A stretch of 47,078 nt of DNA from Arcicella sp. (GTDB lineage Bacteria; Bacteroidota; Bacteroidia; Cytophagales; Spirosomataceae), in NCBI GenBank assembly GCA_040403275.1, contig JBBAKZ010000001.1, positions 1 through 47,078 of the forward strand, written 5' to 3'. Positions within the stretch are counted from its first letter, which is position 1. The number at the start of each line of letters is the position of its first letter. Made by a program: the position numbers and the translations under genes. A model generated the notes under the pieces. That model searched no databases and had not been told where the DNA came from. It saw nothing but the letters and a program-made list of their open reading frames with translations. Positions 8,455 to 17,416 of this stretch are shown here, piece by piece.

Positions 8455-11208
8455 ATGAAGCAATTTTCCTTAATTTTTCTCCTTGTTTGTTTATCTTTTC
8501 TTTCTTTTGCGGGAAACCTTAAAGGCAAGGTTTTTGATGCCAAAACAGGCGAACCACTCACAGGAGCAAACGTAATTTTGAAATCAACAAAATTCGGTAC
8601 AACAGTGGGTTTAGATGGAAGTTTTACCCTCAAAAATATTCCTAATGGGACCTATCAATTACAGATTAGCTACCTTTCCTACAAAGCCATTCTACAACCA
8701 ATTAAGATTGAGAAAGAAGAAAAAGAGCTCAATTTTGCCCTTGAAGATGAGGTTCATCAGACTTTGGATGAGGTGGTTGTAACGGCAAGTGCCGATAAAT
8801 CTACCGAAAATACCGCCCGACAAATTGAACGAAATTCTAACCAATTGATGAATATTGTTTCGGGAAAAGCCATTGAAATTTCTCCTGATTTGACGGTTGC
8901 CAATCTTATCCAACGAGTTTCTGGCATTTCAATTGAACGCAATTCTAATGGCGATGGTCAATACGCTATTTTGCGGGGCATGGATAAACGCTACAATTAT
9001 ACGTTGGTGAATGGAATCAAAATTCCGAGTCCCGATAATAAATACCGCTACGTTCCTTTGGATATTTTTCCTGCTGAATTATTGGGACGTTTGGAAGTAA
9101 CCAAGACTTTAACGCCTGATTTAGAAGGTGATGCAGTTGGCGGTGTAATCAATATGGTGATGAAAGACGCCCCAAATCAGTTAGAAATTAAGGCAAATTT
9201 AGCGAGTGGCTATAATGAACTTTTTCTTAATCGAGGTTTTATGAGTTTTGATAAAAGTCAAGTAAATAGCCTTTCTCCCTACGAATTGAACGGAAGTAAT
9301 TACGGAGCAACACCCAAAGATTTTCCTAAAGCTACTGCCACTACCCAAACAAAAAATCCCCTGCCTAACTTGGTGGGCGGTTTGTCCATCGGAAATCGTT
9401 TCTTTCAAAATAAATTAGGAGTCATTTTGGCGGGAAGTTACCAGCAAAGTTATCGAGGAAGTAATAGTAGTTTTTTCTCCTCTACGGTGTATGATACCGA
9501 AAAAACTTCTCGCATCACCAGTTTGGCCGAACGCCAATTTTCCGACCAACAAATGCGGCTCGGATTGCACACAAAAATTGATTATCGGATCAGTAGTAAA
9601 AGTAAATTGCAGTGGTATAATGCCTACATGAATTTGGAAAATGACCAATTGAGGGATACCAAAACTACCGAATTTTCTTCAGGTGGATATGATCCTGTGA
9701 AAGGAAATGCGCTCTTAAATTTCTCTACAAGATCAAGATTGACTCGTCAGCAAATTTTTAATAGTACACTTCAAGGGAATCATTTTTTATTGGAAAATTT
9801 AAATTTTAATTGGTCAGCAGTTTATTCCTTGGCAAAAAATGAAATTCCTGATAACACTTCAATTAGTGTTTTGGGAAAACGGGAAAATTTTGTAGAAACC
9901 AAAACCTACGTCTCATCTTCTACTCGCCGTTGGGAACACAATTCAGACCAAGATTATACCGCTTATTTGAATTTCGCCTATTCGACTTTTTTTCAAAATA
10001 ATCCCATGGAAATTTCTGCTGGTGGACTTTATCGGAATAAAATCCGAGATAATTTCTATAATAATTACCAATTTCAGCCCAGCAATGTATATGCCCAATA
10101 CGGAAAAGATTTTACTACTAATTCCGAAATCAATTGGAGTATTAATAATCCTGGTGGGTCGGTGGCTTCGGCTTTGAATTATAAAGCTACCGAAAAAATA
10201 TTGGCAGAATATTTAATGGCGAAACTTCAATCTAAAAAATGGCAAGTCATTGGTGGTCTGCGAGTTGAACAAACTAATCAGGGCTACGAAATGCTTTTTC
10301 CATTGGGAGAACCACGCCCTTCTGGAACGCAAAATTACACCGATTTTTTACCGAGTCTTAATCTAAAATACCGTATAAATCCTACGCAATTTCTACGAAC
10401 TTCTTATTTCCGTTCCATTAATCGTCCAGGATTTTTTGAAATTGTGCCAGGTAAAGTAGTAAATGAAGAATACCAAGAAAGGGGTAATCCTGACTTGAAA
10501 CGAGCAATTGCGGATAATTTTGATATTCGCTACGAAATTTTTCCGAATGCTACCGACCAATTTATGGCAGGTATTTTTTATAAATACCTCAAAGACCCCA
10601 TTGAATATGCGCTAAAAGTGGATGAAACTCGTGGACAAGATGTATTTTATTCTGCAGGGAATTATGGAAATGCGAGTAATCTAGGGTTGGAATTAGATTA
10701 TATAAAGTACTTCCAAAAATTTGGGATTAAAGCAAATTACACCTATACCAATTCATCGATTACGACCCAAAAAATCATCAGAGAAAGAGATTCAAACGGC
10801 AATCTTTTTTCCAAAAACGTTGAGCAAACTCGCCCACTTTTCGGACAATCGGCTCACATTGGTAATCTTACTTTACTTTACAAAGACACTCAAAATGGAT
10901 GGGATGCTCAAGTAGCAGGGTCATACACAGGCGAGCGAATCAATACGGTTTCTCAATTTTTGGACAATGATTTGTGGCAAGAGGCTTTTATTCAGATGGA
11001 TGCCTCGGTGGAAAAGCGTTTCAACGACAAATGGACCATTTTTATGAAAGCCAATAATTTGCTTGATACGCCACTTCGAGTAATTATAAAAAATACCAAT
11101 CCCATCAATAAAGATGTTTTTCAAGATGGAAAATCGGACGACAGAACGCTTATTCGTCAGGATTTTTATCGGCGGTCATTTATTGTTGGCCTACGTTTTA
11201 AAATGTAA
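8455..11208 (+). CDS. TonB-dependent receptor (non-SusC type) with N-terminal carboxypeptidase-regulatory-like domain
   Basis: Signal peptide; GKVFDAKTGEPLTGANV; plug motifs (RGMDKRYN, LDIFP, GGVINMV); GNPDLK; C-terminal VGLRFKM. Confidence 0.9.
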   Translation: MKQFSLIFLLVCLSFLSFAGNLKGKVFDAKTGEPLTGANVILKSTKFGTTVGLDGSFTLKNIPNGTYQLQISYLSYKAILQPIKIEKEEKELNFALEDEVHQTLDEVVVTASADKSTENTARQIERNSNQLMNIVSGKAIEISPDLTVANLIQRVSGISIERNSNGDGQYAILRGMDKRYNYTLVNGIKIPSPDNKYRYVPLDIFPAELLGRLEVTKTLTPDLEGDAVGGVINMVMKDAPNQLEIKANLASGYNELFLNRGFMSFDKSQVNSLSPYELNGSNYGATPKDFPKATATTQTKNPLPNLVGGLSIGNRFFQNKLGVILAGSYQQSYRGSNSSFFSSTVYDTEKTSRITSLAERQFSDQQMRLGLHTKIDYRISSKSKLQWYNAYMNLENDQLRDTKTTEFSSGGYDPVKGNALLNFSTRSRLTRQQIFNSTLQGNHFLLENLNFNWSAVYSLAKNEIPDNTSISVLGKRENFVETKTYVSSSTRRWEHNSDQDYTAYLNFAYSTFFQNNPMEISAGGLYRNKIRDNFYNNYQFQPSNVYAQYGKDFTTNSEINWSINNPGGSVASALNYKATEKILAEYLMAKLQSKKWQVIGGLRVEQTNQGYEMLFPLGEPRPSGTQNYTDFLPSLNLKYRINPTQFLRTSYFRSINRPGFFEIVPGKVVNEEYQERGNPDLKRAIADNFDIRYEIFPNATDQFMAGIFYKYLKDPIEYALKVDETRGQDVFYSAGNYGNASNLGLELDYIKYFQKFGIKANYTYTNSSITTQKIIRERDSNGNLFSKNVEQTRPLFGQSAHIGNLTLLYKDTQNGWDAQVAGSYTGERINTVSQFLDNDLWQEAFIQMDASVEKRFNDKWTIFMKANNLLDTPLRVIIKNTNPINKDVFQDGKSDDRTLIRQDFYRRSFIVGLRFKM

Positions 11209-11255
11209 AATGTTCAAGTTTTAAAGAGTAAAACAACTAACAAAATCCATAAAAA

Positions 11256-12512
11256 ATGAAAAAGTTATTATTATTTTCAACCTTTGCTACCTTGTTTTTT
11301 ATAGGGTGTAAAAGTGACTCATCCACTACCGTAGCCCCCGTAGTGAAACCCGATGAATTATCCGTAAAAGGTGAAGTTTCTGGAACTTGGAAAAAAAGTT
11401 CAATTATCACCGTAACGGGCGATATTATCATTCCAGTAGGTAAAACCTTAACGATTGAAGAAGGGGTAAGTGTGGTAATGGATACGACCAGTAAGCCAGA
11501 AATTATCGTAAATGGTAATTTATACGCTTTAGGAACAACGGCGAATCCCATTAAAATATCCATTCCAGAAGCTGCAAAGTTAACAAAATATAAATTTGGA
11601 CAGCTTTGGGGAGGAATCTTAGCCGACAAAACTTGTACTGAATTAGTGCTTGATAATGTAATCATGGAATATGGCGGGGCCCTCATCACCGAGGCTTCAA
11701 CGTCAGTGAAATTAGGATTGTACAAAGCGATTAGCGGTGAATTTGACCCGGCTTTATGGTTTTCGAATACCACTGGTAAATTAGTAGTAAGAAATTCTAT
11801 TATAAGAAATTGGCGTGACGATGCCTTTTACATCGAAGGCGGAAGCGTGATATTGGCCAATAATACTTTTTATACCACGGGTTTGAACAGTGGAGACGCA
11901 ATCGATATTAAGTCGGGTGTAATTGTGGATATAGCCTATAATTTAATTTATAGCACCAACACCAATGCTTTGAAACTTACCAATACTGGCGGACGTACTC
12001 CACAAGCTTATTCAGTGGCTTATAACAATACTATTTTAAATACAGGCTGGAGAAAACCAACGGCAAAAGGTGGTTCAATTTGGGTTGAGCAGAGTATTCG
12101 TGCTGAGTTATATAATAATTTAATGGCAAATACACGCTTTGGAATTAAAAGAGATGTAAAATTACCCGAAGATAATCGTTCGATTATAAGCAACAATTAT
12201 TATTATGGTTACACGCAAACTGGCGTTGACCAATTTCAGCCCTCAGCCGATATTCTTAAAGGTACAAACGATGTGATTAGTAAAATTGCTGGTGATAACG
12301 ACCCCAAATTCGTAAATTATCCAACAAATACCGATAGTCAAAATTCAGATTTCAATACCGCTTGGGATTTTCACCTATCGGCTGGTTCTCCTGCTTTGGG
12401 AAAAGGAATTATAACTTTTAACAGAAATTTCAAAGACGGAATCCTCATCAATGGTATAAATTATAAATCTCCTGAACCTGCTACCTACGTGGGTGCATTT
12501 GGAACGAAATAA
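11256..12512 (+). CDS. Beta-helix-rich lipoprotein partner of the TonB receptor
   Basis: Lipobox FIGC; Asn/Thr-rich parallel beta-helix-like repeats (NNTF, NLIY, NNTI); DFHLSAGSPA tail. Confidence 0.7.
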   Translation: MKKLLLFSTFATLFFIGCKSDSSTTVAPVVKPDELSVKGEVSGTWKKSSIITVTGDIIIPVGKTLTIEEGVSVVMDTTSKPEIIVNGNLYALGTTANPIKISIPEAAKLTKYKFGQLWGGILADKTCTELVLDNVIMEYGGALITEASTSVKLGLYKAISGEFDPALWFSNTTGKLVVRNSIIRNWRDDAFYIEGGSVILANNTFYTTGLNSGDAIDIKSGVIVDIAYNLIYSTNTNALKLTNTGGRTPQAYSVAYNNTILNTGWRKPTAKGGSIWVEQSIRAELYNNLMANTRFGIKRDVKLPEDNRSIISNNYYYGYTQTGVDQFQPSADILKGTNDVISKIAGDNDPKFVNYPTNTDSQNSDFNTAWDFHLSAGSPALGKGIITFNRNFKDGILINGINYKSPEPATYVGAFGTK

Positions 12513-12527
12513 ACAATCTTTATTCAA

Positions 12528-12565
12528 ATTCCAGCCCCTTTGTTCATGAACGAAGGGGCTGGAAT
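12528..12565. repeat. Near-perfect 38-bp palindrome (REP-like / terminator) between convergent units
   Basis: ATTCCAGCCCCTTTGTTCA-TGAACGAAGGGGCTGGAAT, one mismatch, 15 bp after the lipoprotein stop. Confidence 0.75.
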
Positions 12566-12785
12566 CACCCTTTGAACCTAAAATAAATAAGGCTTGTAAT
12601 GGGTTCATTAGCAATAATTTACAAAAAAGATGTCTTCTTAAACGGACATTTCAAGATATAATAAAAACGACCTCGAAAACCCATTCTTAGTATCTATTTT
12701 AACATCTCATAAATCAACTTCTCAAATATTCTCATAAAATATGGCTCTATGAGACATAATTATTGCAGATTTTTTTGTAAGCTTT

Positions 12786-14342
12786 TCACTTAGGGTTAAT
12801 CACCTCCTTATTCTTAAAATCTTTATTCAATATTCCGCTAATTATTTTTGACCAAATCTGATAGCCTTTTTCATTGAAATGGAGCTTATCATTGATGTAC
12901 AAATCGGGTTGATATTTACCATCCTTACTTAAAAGTTGCGGCATTGTTTCGATAAAATGCAAATTAGGGGTATTTTGGCAGTAATTCTTAAACAGTTCAT
13001 TAGCTTCTACAATTTTATCTTGCACTGCCCAGCGCCGTTCATTAGGCGAAATAGCAATATAGTAAATTGACGTAGTTGGGTGTTTTTGACGAACTTTTTC
13101 CACTACATACTTGAAGGCCTCTAATACTTGTTCTGGCGATTTATCCTGATTACCTGCGGTAATATCATTGCTTCCCGAATAAAACACAATGGCTTTGAAT
13201 GAGTGATTGGCCATAATTCGGTCAATATAATAGGCCATTTCAGCGATATTTGACCCACCAAATCCTCGGTGAATAACTTCATGAGGAGCTAAATCTTGCT
13301 TAATTGTTTTCCATAAGCGAATGTATGAACTCCCTGTAACCAAAATCGCATTAGAAGAATAAGATTCAGTTTTATCCAGCTTTTCAAATTCCTGAATATC
13401 CTTTTCAAACCTCAAAACGCCGACCGTATTATTTCCTTTATTTAATTGCGTAAACAGCCAAAGACCAATTTCGTCTAAAGCCTGTTTTTGTTTGTTTTTA
13501 TCACTATCCAACGTATGTCCAGCCTTATCAAAAAGCTTTAATCCTGTGGGAATTCCTAAAGATAATGCCCTATAAAACAAAATCGAGCTACCATATTTGA
13601 AACCATGATAAGCGTAAGAAGAATCAAAAGGAACGGTTTTATCGCCTGTGCCATGTACGCTAAAAAGTGGCACATCACCCGAATTTATCCAACGATAATC
13701 AATCATCGCTCCCCAACAATTAACCACTGCATTTACTTTTGATGAATAGCCTTCGTTTCCACTTTTTCCTTCCAAACTACCCAATTTTGAGGTATTTATA
13801 TAAGTTGGCACCTCATTTTGGTCTAAATAGGCCAAGTGCATAGCCACTTTCGAACCAGCCGAACCACCCATGATATAGATTTTTGAGGTATCAATCCCAT
13901 ATTTTTCAGCATTTCTTCTGAAAAAGCGAACGGCAGCTTTGGCATCTTGCACACCTCTGTACATCGCCTCAAAATACGAGGTATCGTTCTTTGGCTTTTC
14001 AATTCCTAAACGGTAATTGATAGAACTACTCACATAACCTCTTTTGGCCAAACCGGTACAAAATAAAATCGGATAGCCCGTACTTTTATCGCCATTGACA
14101 AATCCGCCACCATGAACAAATATGACTAAAGGACGCTTTCTGAGGGTATCACTCATTGGCGAGTAAATATCTAAAAATAATTTTTCAGACTCATTATTCA
14201 TATTTTTTGACTCACCATATTGAATGTTTTTGAGGGAATCAATAGACATGTAAACCTCATTTTTAAAGCGTTGAGGTTTTTGGGCGAACGACAAATGGCA
14301 AGTAAAAAACAAGCTTAAGCCAAGGAGAAAAAGTTTATTCAT
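12786..14342 (-). CDS. Secreted bifunctional esterase: alpha/beta carboxylesterase + SGNH/GDSL domain
   Basis: Signal peptide; HGGGF oxyanion motif, GGSAG nucleophile, HGTGD, GH; then GSSYI, HRGFGGS, GSND, DKLH (SGNH blocks). Confidence 0.88.
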   Translation of the reverse strand: MNKLFLLGLSLFFTCHLSFAQKPQRFKNEVYMSIDSLKNIQYGESKNMNNESEKLFLDIYSPMSDTLRKRPLVIFVHGGGFVNGDKSTGYPILFCTGLAKRGYVSSSINYRLGIEKPKNDTSYFEAMYRGVQDAKAAVRFFRRNAEKYGIDTSKIYIMGGSAGSKVAMHLAYLDQNEVPTYINTSKLGSLEGKSGNEGYSSKVNAVVNCWGAMIDYRWINSGDVPLFSVHGTGDKTVPFDSSYAYHGFKYGSSILFYRALSLGIPTGLKLFDKAGHTLDSDKNKQKQALDEIGLWLFTQLNKGNNTVGVLRFEKDIQEFEKLDKTESYSSNAILVTGSSYIRLWKTIKQDLAPHEVIHRGFGGSNIAEMAYYIDRIMANHSFKAIVFYSGSNDITAGNQDKSPEQVLEAFKYVVEKVRQKHPTTSIYYIAISPNERRWAVQDKIVEANELFKNYCQNTPNLHFIETMPQLLSKDGKYQPDLYINDKLHFNEKGYQIWSKIISGILNKDFKNKEVINPK

Positions 14343-14356
14343 TTTAAAGTAGTTAG

Positions 14357-14474
14357 TGCCTAAAACTGCAAAATTAGGCTATTATTTTATTTCTTATCAA
14401 AGTATTTTACCAATTCGTATTTATTCAAATTCAAGACTTTCATTTTTTCTAATAAAGGCAAATAGGGTTTGTAT
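14357..14474. repeat. Direct repeat copy 1: orphan duplicate of the GH50-like gene 3' end plus downstream DNA
   Basis: Matches 17299-17416 with 5 mismatches in 118 bp; the minus strand reads YKPYLPLLEKMKVLNLNKYELVKYFDKK*. Confidence 0.92.
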
Positions 14475-17257
14475 CAATAATTAACAAAAAACTTAATAGC
14501 TTGACTTAATTTGTCAAAAGTTACTCTTAAAAAATAAATACCGCTATTGAGTTTAATATTAATTTGCTCTTTGTTTGCGTTAGAACTTGTTTGAACTTTG
14601 CTGTAAATACATTTTCCGTTCAAATCAAAAACTTCTATTTCCCATAATTTATGTTGTTGCGGTAGTTCTACCCAAAATGTACCTTCATTTGGATTGGGAT
14701 ATAATTTGATATTTAGGTTGTTATTATCTTGTTCAATTCCTGTAATTATAATGGCGTCAGATTCTGAAAAACAGCCATTTTCAATTACTTTAACTGTGTA
14801 AGCCCCTGAACTAAATCCATTAAAATATTGTCCGGTAGCATCTTTTATCGGAATGCCTCCTAAATACCACTGATTGTTAATGGCACTACTTGATTTTAAT
14901 GCTGTATTTTCTATTAAAACTGTTGGTTTAGGTGGTTTAGGATTCACTAAAACCGTCGTAGTGGTAATTGTGGAACATGCATTGATATCAGTAACTTTTA
15001 AGGTATAAATACCTGAAAAAGAAGTTGTAAGATTTGGAATATTTGGATTTTGTTGGGACGACATAAAACCGTTTGGTCCCGTCCAAGCATAAGCAATCCC
15101 ACCATCTCCCCTTAAATTTAATGTTTCCCCTGCACAGATTGTTCCACCGCCATTTATAAGTGCCGTTGGGATTGAAAGCGTAACTTTGATTACCGAACGA
15201 GGCGAGTTTTCTACATTATTTACTGAACTTTTGCAACTCACGTAATAACTCGTGGCTGAATTTAGACTTGGGGTTGTATAGGAATTTCCAGTCGCTAATA
15301 AATTTCCTCCAACTTCCGAATCATACCATAGCGGTACATCGCTACCACCACAGTTAGCTTGCAAAGTCGTAGAACTAGCCGTACAACAACATAGATTTTT
15401 ATCGGCAAGCACAGGTGCATTTGTTTCGTGAGCCCCAATGTCCGGTGCATTTTTATAAAGTGGATTAGACCAATAATCCAAACCTCCGTTATTTGGAATT
15501 ACAACACCGCTGTTGATGGCTGGTGATGTACTTTTTAAACGATATCCATTTAGGGTATTAATGCCAATATTACCGATGCCCGGACTTACAAAAAGCGGGT
15601 CAGTAGTAATTTTAAAAGCATCGCTCGGTTCGTTTACGGGATGGCTACCGTAAAATAAATTATGGCTAAAGCTCCGTGTCTGAACTCCTGTTCCAGTGCC
15701 AAATCCGTATTTTGCACCAGTCTTTTCATTACTTATGTTATAAATAATGTTATTATAAAAATTGTAGGTATGGTTGGTTCGACCATTTTCGTGAATAATG
15801 TTTGGGCTTTTCCCCGCACCAATATAAAAAGTATTGTTATAAATCTCATTTCCAGCCGATGGATAATTAAAGAATATTAAATCTCCTAAATCATTTTGGC
15901 TAATATTATAACGTACCGTAGTTCCTGCATCATTTGGGTCTGGAATTCCTGAGTTTACCTCCGATTGCGAACGAGCGTTACAGCCCCAAAACAAGCCTTC
16001 TGAATTATCATGACTATAACTGTATTGAAAAATAATGCCAACACTACCCAAATCGGCATCATACATACTGCCATCAATTGTACCACCTGTGGTAGAAGTG
16101 GCTCTATTCAAATAACCTTCATTGTATTGAAAAACAGTTCCTTTACAACGGGCTGTAAACATCGTATTCCCCGTAGTTTTAATGGCAGTTTCATAACACA
16201 CATTGCGTTCAATTAGACCTGTCTCGTCTGCCATTCGAATAATTATCGCATTTTTTGCAATGTGATGAATGGTATTATTTTTTATCAATAAGTTAGTATT
16301 TCGGCGGTCGTACCAGTTTTGATATTCAACTACATCGGCTGGATTTAAACTTTTTTGCCCTCCTGGATAAAAAACGTTCCATTCATTATCAAAAGTCAAA
16401 CCGGTATTATCACAATAAGCAATCGTACATCCATCAATCAAAATATCATTGAAACGTGATTTATCATTTGGACCCTCGGTATCCAAAACAGCGAAATAAA
16501 TTCCACCGGTTCGTTTTGGAATTGCCCCATTTATGGCGGTGCTTCCGCTACCATCTTGCCCTCTAACATGGTGAATATTTAGGTTTTTTAAATAAATATG
16601 GTTGGCCGTTCCAAAACCAGAAATGGCCACAAAAACGCCCCGCCTGTCTCCTCCGGTTGACACATCAAAATCACCAATTAAGCCTGGATAATTGGTGATT
16701 TCGAGGTCGCTTACTTCCCAAAATTGCTGATTTTCGAGGTAAATAGTTGCTTTTCCCGTAATGCCAATACCATTGATAATAGGATTTGCCCCATTCCCGT
16801 ATTTTCCAATAATAGTTGGTTCTGCGGATGTTCCTAAGCCTTTTGGAATTAATTGACCCGACCAAGTTTCACCAGATTTAAAAAAAATACGACTTCCCGC
16901 TGAAAAAATTAATGAATTAACTTTGCTGATTGATTTCCAAGGAAAAGTCAAAGAACCGTTGTTAGCGTCATTTCCATTGGTGGCGTCAACATAATAATCA
17001 GACTTTGGAACTGTGATTGCCAATGCAGAAACGGAAACGTTAACGAAAGCAAAACTTTGTTTTTCATCACCAATATCAGTTGGCATTCCGAAAACCCATT
17101 CCCTAGTGTTATCGTAAACACCTAAAAATGTATGAAACTCATCTGTTTCAAGCGAATTTGATTGCGTAAAACTTTCTGTTAAAACCGTTTTTTGTCCATA
17201 CATATTTACAGACCAATTAAATACCGAACAAATCAGAAAAAGCAATATTTTTTTCAT
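14474..17257 (-). CDS. T9SS-secreted right-handed parallel beta-helix protein (putative glycan-degrading enzyme) with Ig-like domains
   Basis: YYVDATNGNDANNG...PWKSI start of the beta-helix; WYDSEVGGNLL and YAWTGPNGF Ig-like repeats; C-terminal LYPNP...GIYFLRV T9SS type-A sorting domain. Confidence 0.8.
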   Translation of the reverse strand: MKKILLFLICSVFNWSVNMYGQKTVLTESFTQSNSLETDEFHTFLGVYDNTREWVFGMPTDIGDEKQSFAFVNVSVSALAITVPKSDYYVDATNGNDANNGSLTFPWKSISKVNSLIFSAGSRIFFKSGETWSGQLIPKGLGTSAEPTIIGKYGNGANPIINGIGITGKATIYLENQQFWEVSDLEITNYPGLIGDFDVSTGGDRRGVFVAISGFGTANHIYLKNLNIHHVRGQDGSGSTAINGAIPKRTGGIYFAVLDTEGPNDKSRFNDILIDGCTIAYCDNTGLTFDNEWNVFYPGGQKSLNPADVVEYQNWYDRRNTNLLIKNNTIHHIAKNAIIIRMADETGLIERNVCYETAIKTTGNTMFTARCKGTVFQYNEGYLNRATSTTGGTIDGSMYDADLGSVGIIFQYSYSHDNSEGLFWGCNARSQSEVNSGIPDPNDAGTTVRYNISQNDLGDLIFFNYPSAGNEIYNNTFYIGAGKSPNIIHENGRTNHTYNFYNNIIYNISNEKTGAKYGFGTGTGVQTRSFSHNLFYGSHPVNEPSDAFKITTDPLFVSPGIGNIGINTLNGYRLKSTSPAINSGVVIPNNGGLDYWSNPLYKNAPDIGAHETNAPVLADKNLCCCTASSTTLQANCGGSDVPLWYDSEVGGNLLATGNSYTTPSLNSATSYYVSCKSSVNNVENSPRSVIKVTLSIPTALINGGGTICAGETLNLRGDGGIAYAWTGPNGFMSSQQNPNIPNLTTSFSGIYTLKVTDINACSTITTTTVLVNPKPPKPTVLIENTALKSSSAINNQWYLGGIPIKDATGQYFNGFSSGAYTVKVIENGCFSESDAIIITGIEQDNNNLNIKLYPNPNEGTFWVELPQQHKLWEIEVFDLNGKCIYSKVQTSSNANKEQINIKLNSGIYFLRVTFDKLSQAIKFFVNY

Positions 17258-17298
17258 CTTCTAAGTGCTTAAGATTTACATTAATTGCAAAAATTGTT

Positions 17299-17416
17299 TG
17301 CCCAAAACTGCAAAACTAGGCTATTATTTCATTTCTTATCAAAGTATTTTATCAATTCGTATTTATTCAAATTCAAGACTTTCATTTTGTCTAATAAAGG
17401 CAAATAGGGTTTGTAT
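17299..17416. repeat. Direct repeat copy 2 (functional 3' end of the GH50-like gene)
   Basis: Offset 2942 bp from copy 1; reads YKPYLPLLDKMKVLNLNKYELIKYFDKK*. Confidence 0.92.
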
